A DNA stretch of 64,000 bases. Origin: the human T2T-CHM13v2.0 reference genome, Homo sapiens. Location of the stretch: the NCBI RefSeq assembly GCF_009914755.1, contig NC_060929.1. One strand, 5' to 3'. The notes below the pieces were generated by a model. The model searched no databases and was not told the DNA's origin. It worked only from the letters and a program-made list of their open reading frames with translations. Position 1 is the first letter of the stretch; each line of letters starts with the position of its first letter. The position numbers and the translations under genes were made by a program. Shown piece by piece: positions 45,077 to 62,602 of the stretch.

Positions 45077-47076
45077 GGCTCCTTTAGTCAAATTTAACTT
45101 CCATAAGGCAGAGATATTTGGTTGTATTATTCAATCTGTATCCTTAGCACTTAGAATAATTCCCAGCATACTACTTAAGTACAGAGGTATAATAAATATC
45201 TATTGATAAATATTAGCTACACACTTCAGTGCAGTGGGAAAAGAATGGTCTTTTAAATAAAAGACTCTATCAACTAGATATTCTTAACATATTTTGGGCC
45301 CTACCCTCTCACATGCATACAAAGAAATACAAAAAAAAATCCATTCTAGATAGACTGAAGATCTAAGTGTAAAAGACAAAGCAGTAAAGCTTTTAGAAGA
45401 AGCCATAGGACATCCTCAAGACCTGGGAATAGGCAAAACTTTTTTAAACAATACACAACTGCTAACCACAAAGAACAATGTAATAAATCAGACTATATTA
45501 AAATAATTTCTGTTCATTGAAAACATTCAGAGATTGAAAATGCTTGAAAACTGATTTATGGTGATGATGCATCACTGGACTACATATGTGGATTAGTTTT
45601 GTGATATGCAAAATATACCACAATATACCTCAATTCTTTCAAAGGAACTAGATGTAGAAGAAAAAAGGCAACTTACAGAGCAAGAAAAGAGTGGCAATAC
45701 ACACAGAATTTTTTTTAACTCACTTCAAACCAAGGAAGAATCACAATCACACACATACTAAATTTTTAAATGAGCAAAAGACTTCCACAGGCACATCACA
45801 AAAGAAAATACACAAATGAAGTTTTTTTAAAAAGGAAAAATCAACCAAAATACTGCCACCTAGGGATGACCACTGGACCATTTTGGTACACAGACTGAAA
45901 ACTGCATATATGTAAGTGAAAATTGTTTAAAACATGCTCTTCGGTTAACTGTTTTTTCCATGTGTCATGCACATCTTTCCACATCATTGTAGTTCTACGT
46001 TTTCATTTTTAAGGGCTACAGTTCACTTCATCCCATAATTTCCTTACTCAATACAAGTAGTAACAAACATTACATTTTTTACTATTAAACACAACACTGT
46101 AATGAACCTTCATGCCTACTCTGACAATTACCTCTTGGTCAAATTTAGAAATCCATGAGATCCAAAAGGATGGCTGAACTGAATTTCCTTTGCGAATTCC
46201 TTGACTAATAATCATTTGTTTTCATCAGAAAAGACTTCATACTACAAGTTATTAAATCTAAGGGTCAATTCTTATTCCTCCTATTTCTTCACCGATCAGC
46301 AAGGTTGAGCACTTCCATCTTCTTGATATACTTCATTCACTTGGCTTCCAGGACTCTGATCTAATTCTCAAACCTTCACTACAAGAAACGTTAAAGTTCT
46401 TCAGACAAAAAGAAAAGAAAACTTGGATATAGTAAAGGAATGAAGACATAACTGAAAAGAAAAATAGTAAAAATGAGAGTGCATATACATTAATTTCTTT
46501 TCTTTAAATTTATAGAAAATATGACTAACTGAAAAGTATAAAATATTGCAGAAAAAATCAAAGAGACAAATAATAGAAAACACAATTCATGTTCATGGAT
46601 TGCAAGACTTAATATTAAGATCTTCGTACCACCCAAAACTATCTACAGATTTAATGCAATCCCTAAAAAAACCCAACGATGTTTTTTGCGTAAGTAGCAA
46701 AATCAACCATAAAATTCATTAGCAATCTCAAGGGACTCAGAACAGACAACATAATCTTGAAACACAAGAATTAAACTGGACTTCAATCAGCTTTGAAAAG
46801 CTGGTTTCAAAATTTACTACAAAGCTATTGTAACCAAAACTGTGGAACTAGCATGAAGACATATGTATAGACCAACGGGACAGAATGGAAGATTGTAATC
46901 GGTGCATTTCAAGCATTTGACAATATTCAACATCTATTCATGCTTAAAAACACTCAGATAACTTCCTCAATATGATAAAGGTCATATAATGAAACATCAT
47001 CATACTTAATGTTTAAAGATGGAACATTTTCCCCTTGTCCTGAAGGACAAAGCTAGAATATCCATTCACACTTCTA

Positions 47077-47690
<614 letters not shown>

Positions 47691-47880
47691 ATAATAAACC
47701 AATCAATAATTTAAAAAATTGAAAATTCGTGAACTTGAAATTGAAAATCACAAGTTTCACTATAGTCAATGCAACAGAGCAAGAAAAAGAAATAAAAACA
47801 TAAATAACAAAAAGAATGTAGATGGTATGACTGTCTAACTAGAAAATCCTGCTGAATCTACAAAATAAAAGTGATGGGAT

Positions 47881-48272
<392 letters not shown>

Positions 48273-48843
48273 TCAGTATAACTAAAAGGCACAGAACATA
48301 AGTAGAAATTTAAATCCTAGTACATCCTTATGCTCCAGCCATAAATCTTCATGAAGATCAAGGGCAGTTCAGGAAAACTGTGCAGAATAAAAAAAGAAGG
48401 AAACGAGCAGCAGATAAAAGATTGACATAAAATCACATTATGTATGAAAATACTTAAAAAGCGTCCTGCTAGTTCAGAGTTGATTACAGATAAAGAGGAT
48501 GCAAGATGCAAAAAGGCAGTCTTCAAAAGATCAGTTTTTAGGAGAAAGGAGTGTACAAACAAAAGGCAAATAGAGGAGAATTTCCTCAACGTGATAAAGA
48601 ACACCTGCAAAACACCTACAGCTAACATCATACGTATTAGTGAAAAAGTTGACACCTTCCCACTAAAATCAGGAACAAGGTAAGAATGTTCCCTCTCAAC
48701 ACTGGTTTTCAACATCATCCTCTAAGTTCTAGCTAATGCAATAAGACAAGGAAAGGAAATAAAAAATATACAGATTGAGAAGAAAGAAAACTGTTTTGGT
48801 TCACAGGTGACATGATTGTCTATGTAGAAAAACTGAAAGAATT

Positions 48844-49087
48844 GTTAAGAGTCATCACCACTCCCTAATCTTAAGTACCCAGGGACACAAACACTGCGGA
48901 AGGCCGCAGGGTCCTCTGCCTAGGAAAACCAGAGACCTTTGTTCACTTGTTTATCTGCTGACCTTCCCTCCACTATTGTCCTATGACCCTGCCAAATCCC
49001 CCTCTGCGAGAAACACCCAAGAATGATCAATAAAAAAAATAAATAAAAAATAAAAAATAAAAAATAAAAAAATAAAAAAAAAAAAAA
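48844..49087 (+). mobile_element. 5'-truncated SVA (SINE-R 3' end plus polyA)
   Basis: gttaagagtcatcaccactccctaatc...gagaaacacccaagaatgatcaataaa; 18-bp TSD agaaaaactgaaagaatt at 48826-48843 and 49088-49105. Confidence 0.95.
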
Positions 49088-50110
49088 AGAAAAACTGAAA
49101 GAATTAACAAAACAGCCCCTGGAACTCATAAGTGATTATGGCAGATCTGCAGTATACACAGTTTATATACAAAAAGTCAATCACTTTCCTATATACCAGC
49201 AATGAGCAAATGAAATGTGAAATTAAAAACATATTACCATTTACATAAACACCTATAGATATAATTAGGTATAAATCTAACAATATACACAAGATATCTG
49301 TAAGGAAAACTAGAAAATCCTGATGAAGGAAATCAAAGAACTAAATTAATGAAGAGATATTCCATGTTCATGGAAAGGAAGATTCAATAAGGTCAAGACA
49401 TCAGTTCTTCCCAACTGGATCTATAGATTCAATACAATCTCTATCAAAATCCAGCAAGTTACTTTGTGGATATTGAAATGACTCTAAGGTTTACATGGAG
49501 AGGCTAAAAAAAATAAATAATTCAAAATAAATAAATAATAACAAACACAACTGAAGGAGAACAAAGTTCAAGGAATGATACTGTCTGACTTCAAAAGGCA
49601 CTACAAAACTACAGTATTCACGAAAGTGAAAGTGTGGTACTGGCAACAGAATACAGAGCTAGGTCAATGGAATAGAACTGAGGGCCCACACAATAGACCC
49701 ACACAAATACAGTCAACTCATCTTTGACTGTGGAGCAAAGTCAATACGATGAAGAGTCTCATCAACAAATGGACATCTATATGCAAAAAAAATGAATCTA
49801 GACACTCAGCTTACACATTTCACAAAAATTAACTGAATACAGATTACAAGCCTAAATGGAAAATGGAAAGCTCTAAAACTCCTAAAAGATAACATAGGAG
49901 AAAATCTAGATGATCTTAGGTTTGTTGATTACTTTCTTAGACATATCAAAGGCACAATCCATGAAGAATTATTAAGCTGGACTTCATTAAAAATAAAAAT
50001 CTCTGAGAGACACTGTCAAGAGAATTGAAAAAATATGCCACAAACTCAGAGAAAATATTTGCAAAAAACATATATGACAAAGGACTGTTATCCAAAATAC
50101 AGAAACAATT

Positions 50111-50147
<37 letters not shown>

Positions 50148-50162
50148 CCTCCCTCCCTCCCT

Positions 50163-50204
<42 letters not shown>

Positions 50205-50480
50205 GGGTCTCACTCTGTCACCCACAATGCAGTGCAGTGATGCAATCACCACTCACTGCAGCCTCAACCTCCCAGGCTCAAGTGATCCTCCCACCTCAGC
50301 CTCCAGAGTAGCTGCGACCACAGGGGTACACCACCATACGTGGCTAATTTTTGTATATTTTGTGGAGATGAGGTCTTGCCATGTTGCCCAAGCTGGTCTC
50401 GAACTTCTGGGCTCAACTAATCCATCTGCCTCAGCCTCCCAAAGTGCTGGGATTATAGGTGTGAGCCACCATGCCTGGCC
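50111..50480 (-). mobile_element. AluJ with a (CT)n/(CCCT)n tail
   Basis: The microsatellite at 50111-50201 abuts a reverse Alu; TSD agaaacaatt. Confidence 0.9.
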
Positions 50481-50773
50481 TAGAAACAATTCTTCAAACT
50501 CAACAAGAAAAAAGTAAACAACACAATTTTTAAAATGGGCCAAAAACCTTAACAGTCACTTCACCAGAAAAGATATACAGATGACAAATAAACATGGAAT
50601 ATGGAGCATCTCTTCATAAGTCATCAGGTAAATACAAATTAAAACAAAATACCACAACACATCTATCAGCATGGCCAAAATCCAAAATGCAAACACCATG
50701 AAATGCTGGAGAAGATGTGGAGCTATAGGAACTCTCATTCATTGCTGGTAGAAATATCAAATAGTAAGGCCAC

Positions 50774-50916
50774 TTTATTTTTTTTAATTTGTACAAATTT
50801 ATGGGGTAGATGTGAAATTCTGTTACATGTATATAATGTGTAGTGATGAAGTCAAGGTATTTAGGGTTCCCATCACCAAAGTACAACACATTTTTGTAAC
50901 TATATTCACCCTACTC
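50774..50916 (-). mobile_element. Short L1MA-type 3' end nested antisense in an older L1
   Basis: Poly-T followed by gtacaaatttatggggt...ctatattcacccta. Confidence 0.65.
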
Positions 50917-51143
50917 TGGTGCAGTCACTTTGGAAGACAATTTGGCAGTTTCTTACAAAACTATATATACTCTTGCCCAACAATCTAATATTCATCCTCT
51001 TTTTTACTTGTCCAAATGAAGTGAAAACTAATATCCACAGAAAAACCTTAACATGGCTGTTTATAGCAGCAGTTACACATAACTGCTAAAACTTGGAAGC
51101 AGCCAAAATGTTCTTCAATAGGTGAATGAATAAACTGTGGTAG

Positions 51144-51510
<367 letters not shown>

Positions 51511-52700
51511 TCATCAAAAAACCTGGTGGAAACTTAAACATCTATTATTAAGTGAAAGAAGCCAATATGAAAAGGCTACACACCGTGTGATCCAACTAGA
51601 TGACATTCTGGGAAAGGCAAAACTATGGAGACATTAAAACAATTAGTGATTGTCAGGAAGGATGGATAGGAAGCACACATAGAATTCTTAGGGCAGTGAA
51701 ACTATTCTGTATGATACTGCAATGATGGAAACATGTTATTATATCTGTCCAAACCCAAAGAATGTACAACACCAAGAATAAATCCTAATATAAGCTATGG
51801 ACTTCGGGTGATAATGGTGTGTCAAGGTAGGCTCATCCATTGCATCAAATGTATCCCTGTGGTATGGGATGCCCACATTGTAAGAGGTTGTGTGTGTATG
51901 TGGGTAGAAGGGATCCTAGAATCCCAGGAGGAAGTATTCTAGGATCCTGCAAGAAAAGAATTTTTAATAACATCCAAAGGATACAAAGCCTTTCCTCCCA
52001 CCATCACCTGCTTATCCTGCAAAGGAAGCCATGCAGTAAAGAAATAATACTTTGATAAGGAATGCTCTTAAGCTAGGAATCTTATCAACTTAAACTACCT
52101 CAAACTGCCAGGTCTGTCTCAAAAAAATGTAGAGACACATGCAATTTTCATCTATTTAAAAAAAAAACTATACAGGGAAAAGTTCATTAAACTCCTACAT
52201 ATAAAAGAAGAGGCAGGGAGTAAGGGAAGGAGGGAAAAACAGAGAGAACTAAACAACATCCCAAACAAGCCTTTCTTAACTAAGGTTCTGTGAGATCATG
52301 AAGCCCTTATGAGAGTAATTTTGCAGACAGTTTTCTTAATTTCCCTAAGGATGGTACATAGATAATACCATTCCTGTCATGTATGAGAGACATTAATTCA
52401 CTATATACAATGTATGCCTTAGTGCGTAAGCGCATACTGTTTTTGAGAAACCTGGTTGAAAAGAGCTACTGCAAACTGATTTAAATATGATCAAACAGGC
52501 ATGTGATGTTACTTAAAAACACTCTGAAACACTGAATCAGAAATTGAAAACTTAAGACAGAAATGTACCAAAAACCAGAAGAAATGTAATAAGAATTGAC
52601 CTAACTCAAAAAATAAAAACAAAATTATAACAAACAAGAATACATTAAAATACCCCCAAAACAGATAAAGCAAATGAAAATTTTAAAAATTTGAAAAGTA

Positions 52701-53098
<398 letters not shown>

Positions 53099-53249
53099 TT
53101 AACATGGAAAACAAAGGAGATCCAACCTAAATATAATTGGAGTTTCTAAAGAAAAAAATAAAATAAAAATAACCTTTAAAACTATAATCCAAGCGGTTCC
53201 TAGGGTTGGATGGGTGAGGGATATAGGGAATGACAGCCTAAGGGTACAG

Positions 53250-53562
53250 TGGTTTTTTTTGTTTGTTTTTTGTTTTGTTTTTGAGACGGAGTCTCGCTCT
53301 GTAGCCCAGGCTGGAGTGCTGTGGCTTGATCTCACTGCAAGCTCCGCCTCCTGGGTTCATGCTATTCTCCCGCCTCAGACTCCCGAGCAGCTGGGACTAC
53401 AGGCGCCTGCCACCACGCCTGGCTAATTTTGTTTTTGTATTTTTAGTAGAGACGGGGTTTCACCGTGTTAGCCAGGACGGTCTTGATCTCCTGACCTCGT
53501 GATCTGCCCACCTCGGCCTCCCAAAGTGCTGGGATTACAGGCGTGAGCCACCGCGCCCAGCC
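53250..53562 (-). mobile_element. AluY-like
   Basis: tgcaagctccgcctcc and caccgtgttagccagg; CpG-rich. Confidence 0.9.
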
Positions 53563-54118
53563 GGTAGCGTGTTTCTTTTGGTGGTGATACAAATGTTCTA
53601 AACTGACTGTGGCACTGGTTATACAACTCTGTGACTATACTAAAAATCACTGAATTGTACACTTTAAATGTGTAAATTTACAATATTTGAGTTATGTCTC
53701 AATAAAGCTGTTATTTAAAAAGAAAAAAAAACGATAATTCAAAAAGCTTTCCAGAGATAAAAGGAAACCTGAACTACATGTTGAAAGGGGCTCCAGGTAA
53801 TAGGGGAAACTGGCCCACAGCAATAAACTCCAAGAGATATCCTAAGACAATTGTTAGACTTTAAAAATAAAGAAAAAATGTTTTCAATCCCCACCCCAAA
53901 TTTTTTTTTTAATTTAAGAAGAAACCTTTAAAGAGAAAGAGCATTAATTGGATTGGCATCAAATTTCTCGAAACAACACACCAAGCAAGGCATCAGTGGA
54001 GCAGCATCTTCCAAAATTTTAGAAAATAAAGGGTAAAGGTTTCCTTGAGTAATCCTGAGATGATGCAAAAAATTGTCAAAAAAATTAATGGTAAACATTT
54101 AAAACAATTATGGCTCTA

Positions 54119-54822
<704 letters not shown>

Positions 54823-55678
54823 CAGGAAATAGAGGCATTACAAAAATTATAATTAAAACTAACAAAAATACAAACCTCTCTATAAAAAGAAATTTCAAAA
54901 ATAAAAGAGCAAAGAAAGCACATCATGAACAGAAACAAACTAAAAGAAATGCAGAGAGACATGGATATAAATACACTATACACACTACTCTCACTACAAG
55001 ACAGCTCAAGAAAACAAAAAATAAAAATTCATAAGCATCAGTAAGGCAGGCAGGTCTTACAGGATATGATAACCTGTTTACACAGACTAAACTTGCTTTT
55101 CCAGCACGTGTAAAAAATTTCTGAAAGCTTATCATATATTAGATCACAAAGAAATAAGTTCAATAAAAAAGAAAAATTAGAAAATAAGAGCCTCTGATCA
55201 AAAGATAATAAAACTAAAAGCAATTCCTAGAAAAAGAAGAACAATTCCTTCAATCAATGTTATGGAACAATTTATAGAGCTTCTGGCCCATTTGTTCTTT
55301 AAAGGTCTGGTGGAATTCTCTGTGAATCCACACTGACCTGATACATTTTTCTGATTTAATTCTTTGACAGGTTTCTCTATTCTTTTCTTCATAACTATTG
55401 TTGGATAAGAGAACTCAACATTCGAAAGATGACAGTTCTCCCTAATTTATAAGTTTAACATTTCCCCAATAACCCCACAAGAAAATTCTTTATGGAGCTA
55501 GACAAAATGATACTCAAGTTCATATTCAAAAGCAAACTTACATGAGTATTCAGTAAAAAATACAAAAAAAGAAAAGTGGGGAATCAGTCCTACCAGACAT
55601 CAAAATACACCATAAATAAGCCTCTCTACTGAAAAGCAAGATACTTTCATAGCACATGAATACACAAATACTCCAGAG

Positions 55679-55860
55679 TAGGGTTGGCAAGCTTTTTCTG
55701 TAAAGGGTCAGATGTAAATATTTTGAGCTTTGCAGGACTCACTGATTTTGTCACAACTACTCAACTCTTCTGTTATAGGATGAAAGCAGCCACAGATGAT
55801 ATGTAAGTGAATGAGTGTGGCTGTGCTCCAATAAAACTTTATTTATAAAAACGCAGTGGG
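55679..55860. mobile_element. MER58A-like hAT element
   Basis: gggttggcaagctttttctgtaaaggg...ccaataaaactttattta. Confidence 0.8.
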
Positions 55861-56160
55861 GGCCGGATACAGTGGCTCACACCTGTAATCCCAGCATTTT
55901 GGGAGGCCAAAATCATTGAGCTCAGGAGTTCAAGACCAGCCTGATCAACATGGTGAAACCCCGCCTCTACTAAAAAATACAAAAATTAGCCAGGCATGGT
56001 GGCACACGCCTGTAGTCCCAGCTACACAGGGGGCTGAGGTAAGAGGATCACTTGAACCTGGGAGGTTGAAGCTGCAGTGAACCATGATTGTGCCACTGTA
56101 CTCCAACTTAGGTGAGAGAATGAGACCTTGGCTCAAAAAAAAGCAAAAAAAAAAAAAAAA
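55861..56160 (+). mobile_element. Alu
   Basis: Dimer plus A-tail. Confidence 0.9.
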
Positions 56161-56352
56161 GGAAAATTTAAACTAGATAAAAATTTTAAACTTTTGCACA
56201 GCATTTTTATTAACTACCATAAACTAAACCTTAAATGACAAACTGGAAAAAAAATTTGCAGCCTATGTCACAAATAAAAGAACTAATATCCCTAAAAATT
56301 TCTTTAAATTGAGGGAAGTAAAAAAAACACCAAAATCCCAATAAGAAAATGA

Positions 56353-56669
<317 letters not shown>

Positions 56670-57260
56670 ATAAACAGATTTTCAAAAAACATAACATGAC
56701 CCTTAAATAGGAAAAGATGTTCAGATTTACTCATAATTAAAGAGATGCAAATTAAAGCTACACATTTCTCACTTAACATATTGGCAAATATGTAGAATTG
56801 ATAACACATTCAGTCAATGAAGCAGTGAGGAAATAGGTGCTCTTGTGTATTTCTGGTGGGAAGGCAAATGTGTCACAACCCTTTTGGAAGAAAATTTGTT
56901 AATATTTAACAAAACTAATTGTGCATTTACTTTTTGATCAGCAATTCCACTTACAGGAATTCTCCCTGAAGATACACTAATTCAGTAACTATATGAAAAT
57001 ACATATATACAAGGTTATTCAGTCATTGTTTGTAATTTCAAAAAAAATGGAAACAACCTACATGCTCATACGAAAGACACTGGCTGAATAAACTATGGCA
57101 TATGAACACAACAGAGTACTATGCAGCCATAAGAAAGAATAAGGAAGGCCCCTGTTGACTGATATAGAATAACTTTCAGTATACACCTTTAGGTGAAAAG
57201 GCAAAGTGCAAAAGAATATATACTGTATACTACCTTTTGTGTAAAAAATAAGCAAAGATA

Positions 57261-58040
<780 letters not shown>

Positions 58041-58104
58041 ACTGTAAAGAATCTTTAGTATGGCTAGTGTTAGTACATGTATTTTTCAGTGATGTTTGCA
58101 AGGC

Positions 58105-58431
58105 GTGTCATCCCTCAGTGTCATCCTCAGGCATCAGTTTCAGGATACACACACTCTTCCCGCTATGGATATCAAAATCGACTGGTGCTCAAATTCCTTA
58201 TATAAAGTGGAATAGTATTTGCATGTAACCTAAGCACATCCTCTCATATACTTTAAATCTCTATAGACTACTTATAATTCCAAAAAAAAGTAAAAGCTAT
58301 GTAAATAGTTGTTCTACTGTATTTTTATTTGTATTATTTTTTACTGTTATATTATTATTTTTATTGGTTTTTCTCCCAAATATTTTCAATCCTAGGTTGA
58401 TTGAATCCATGGAATGCGGAGGGCCCACTGT
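58105..58431. mobile_element. MER2-like Tigger element
   Basis: gctcaaattccttatataaagtggaatagtatttgca...ggttgattgaatccatggaatgcggagggcccactgta. Confidence 0.75.
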
Positions 58432-58913
58432 AATTCTAAAACTACTTGATATGCATTCTGGGGTTGAGCAAGTGAGTAAATATATTGTGGAAAACCGGAG
58501 TCAGGTTTCTCACTGTTAGAGAAGCGAGTACTAAATATGAAAAGGGTTTCCTTCTGGAAGGCTAGAATGAGATCTGTGAGACTAGACTAGAATTGGATAT
58601 ATCAGTATGGACTCACAGTTTCTAATACATAGAACAAGGAGGGAAGTATTTTTATATAGACAAAAAATTATACATACATTTCCTAACACAGTTGGCTGAG
58701 AGGGCCTAGAAGCAATGACATTCCAGTAGCACTAAGCACACTTGCCACCCAGATCTAATACCATTCCTCAGTGAAAGGAAACAAGGCTCTTCGGAGAAAT
58801 GGCTGGTTCCAAGGCTGAGAGTGGGAAAATACAAGATAAGCCTGGAACATGTTGCAACAGAAAATAAGGAAGTACTTAAACAATTATGAGAACAGATCAA
58901 AAGGATACAGACA

Positions 58914-59239
<326 letters not shown>

Positions 59240-59539
59240 CTAAACTTTAAACACTCTGACCATCGAAATAAATAATGATAATAAAAGATTAAAATAACGT
59301 ACTGAATAAAATAGGAAAATATAGGTGTATACTGATAGAATAAATGAAAAACTGAAATTCTGATGAAAACAGGATATTTGTGGAGTTTCAAAGTACCTCC
59401 CCACCCAATGCATAATTACAAAGGGAAAAAGAATAACTTTACAATGAAGAAGGCTTGATAGACATTTCCTTACTCAAGTGATCTAAGTGATCACCATTCT
59501 GAATGAGAGAAATCAATATTATGTACTACCTGAGAGGAT

Positions 59540-60830
59540 GCAATGAGAAAACAGAAATCGCTTTTATGATATTCATTTAAACTAAATCTAACCATAAGGA
59601 AACAAAGGACAAACCTAAATTGACAGACTATGAAACAGCTGGTCTGTAATCTTCAGAAGTGTCAAGGTCGTGGAAGTCCCGCAAAGACCAAATAACTCTT
59701 CCAGACTGAAAAAAACTAAAGAAGTGTGACAACTAAAGGCAATGCATCATTCTGAACTGGGTAGCTCTGCTATAAAGGAAATTATCAGGACCTCTGATGA
59801 AACTTAAATAAGGGCTGAGAATTAGTTGGCAGTAACCTGTCAGTGCTAATTTACCGATTTGATTCTCGTATTATGACTATGTAGAACATCCTCCTTTGTA
59901 GGAAATACACAGTAAAATATTACAGCATGAGAGAAGCATTCGGTCAGCTTTACTTTCAAATTGAGAAACAAAAGGTTCTGTGTGTTATACTAATAACTTT
60001 TCTATAAGCTTGAGACTGTCTCAAAATAAATAAAAAGCAATATTTCAATGGCTTGTTTACATTAATTATTACCTAACACTTCAAACTATGAGCTCATATC
60101 CCCAGGAATAAATGTGCTAAAAATCCTTTGTGACTTTTAGGTTGGGAAAGACGCATGAACCTGTAGTGTCAGTCAGTGCTAGTTTGAGAATATTTGTTCA
60201 TTAAGATCATGTGATTAAAATGTGGTGGTAAAAAAGTCACAAAGGATTTTTAGCACACTTATTCCTGGGGATATGAGCTCATAGTTTGAAGTGTTAGGTA
60301 ATAATTAATGTAAACAAGCCATTGAAATATTGCTTTTTATTTATTTTGAGATAGTCTCAAGCTTATAGAAAAGTTATTAGTATAACACACAGAACCTTTT
60401 GTTTCTCAATTTGAAAGTAAAGCTGACCGAATGCTTCTCTCATGCTGTAATATTTTACTGTGTATTTCCTACAAAGGAGGATGTTCTACATAGTCATAAT
60501 ACGAGAATCAAATCGGTAAATTAGCACTGACAGGTTACTGCCAACTAATTCTCAGCCCTTATTTAAGTTTCATCAGAGGTCCTGATAATTTCCTTTATAG
60601 CAGAGCTACCCAGTTCAGAATGATGCATTGCCTTTAGTTGTCACACTTCTTTAGTTTTTTTCAGTCTGGAAGAGTTATTTGGTCTTTGCGGGACTTCCAC
60701 GACCTTGACACTTCTGAAGATTACAGACCAGCTGTTTCACAGTCTGTCAATTTAGGTTTGTTCTTTGTTTCCTTATGGTTAGATTTAGTTTAAATGAATA
60801 TCATAAAAGCGATTGCTGTTTTCTCATTGC
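59540..60830. repeat. Long inverted repeat: 599-bp arms (59540-60138 and 60232-60830) with a 93-bp spacer
   Basis: Base i pairs with base 120370-i throughout, with no indels. Five mismatches found by eye. Confidence 0.97.
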
Positions 60831-60845
60831 TATTGTGACAGCTAC

Positions 60846-61120
60846 CACCTGTAATCCTAACACTTTGGGAGGCCAAAGCAGGCAGATCACTTGAGCCCAG
60901 GAGTTTAAGACCAGCCTGGGCAACACAGTGAAACCCCGTCTCTACAAAAAAATCCAAAAACACTAGCCAGGCGTGGTAGCACACACCTGTAGTCCAGTTG
61001 CTCAGAAGGCTGAGGTAGGACGATCACCTGAGCCCAGGAGGTTGAGGCTGCAGTGGGCAGTGATCACACCACCGTACTCTGGCCTGGGTGACAGAGTAAG
61101 GCCCTATCTCAAAAATTAAT
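60846..61120 (+). mobile_element. AluJ lacking its extreme 5' end
   Basis: Starts at cacctgtaatcc. Confidence 0.88.
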
Positions 61121-61769
61121 TAATTAATCAATTAAATTTTTTAAATTTAATTAAAAATAAATTATTATTTTTAAAAATAAGGGGTTCATCCATCTATCTC
61201 TTTTCTGTGAACTCTACCAGATGCCCTGGGCAATGTTTCTTTTGACAGTCTTTTTCTTTCAAATTAGGTGACAGTTTCTTCCTATCTACTATCATCAGAG
61301 CTACCATTACTTTAACCCTCAATTTTTCATTTCTTATTGTCTTAAAGATGAAGGATTTAACATTTGCCTTCTACTCCAAATTAAGTAACTAAGATGCATC
61401 CTGTAATGTAAAGATTTTACAGGGATGCCAATAAGTGACTGTTGGTTTTCTAAAGAGAGGAACCTTCTTTATATTAGGGTAGACAGTGTTCATATGCAAT
61501 CTGTCTACAACAATTGGCAGCTTGTTCTCTGCATGTAACATAAGGCATGGGACATAGTAGGACTCAGAACCATGGTACATAAATATGTCCAAGATATAAG
61601 AGTGATTCTGTTTTCTTAAGTAGTTTGTGAGTAACTCCATTCTAAGTGAATGATCTGAATTTTGAAATCTAGTTGTAGCAGCCAGGCAACTCAATGGCAG
61701 GCTGTTGTTAGGTGTTTGGACATCTCTTGACATCCTTTTCTTGGCCAAGCACAGCAGCACAGATCTTCT

Positions 61770-62057
<288 letters not shown>

Positions 62058-62602
62058 TAGATCTTGTTTTAGTAGGCCATGCCTTAGCTGACTCAACATA
62101 TATTCAAACTGCTCAGGGGAAAGAGTTGCCACTTGTAAAGAGGTTTGAATTTAGAGCATGCTACTAAATTATACAGAGCAACAGGCTTGCTAAAGCTTTT
62201 CAAAATAAAAATGTTCAATCCTAGTGAAGGCATAATGAGACGTAAACACTCCGGGAAACAATTTGACAAGATATATATGATGTATCTCCTGGAAATATAT
62301 CCTAGCTAATTCAAAATGAAGCCAAAGATTTACGCACAAAGATGGTGATTAGCTTTTTGGATAATTAAGAATAAAGACTCTAAGCACCCAAAGAAATGAC
62401 AAGTTATGGAAAGTTCATAAAATATATAAGACAATGTCAAATTATGCTATGAGAAATTATAGGAATACATTAATACACTCATTCTATTAAGTATACAAAG
62501 CATAGAAAGTAAAATTATACATCTATTTATATGCATATAATAAATTATATATATAATAATCCCAACTATGTAAAACATATGCATAGATTTAAAAGTAAAA
62601 GA

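Noticed and set aside
59540-60830. The palindrome as a DNA transposon/MITE or a miRNA hairpin
   Set aside because: There is no TSD, the arms are copied L1M and flank with the left arm continuous with upstream L1, and the stem is far longer than a pre-miRNA.
61110-61180. AT-rich palindromic stretch (aattaaattttttaaatttaatt)
   Set aside because: It is a low-complexity Alu tail derivative, so self-complementarity is expected by chance.
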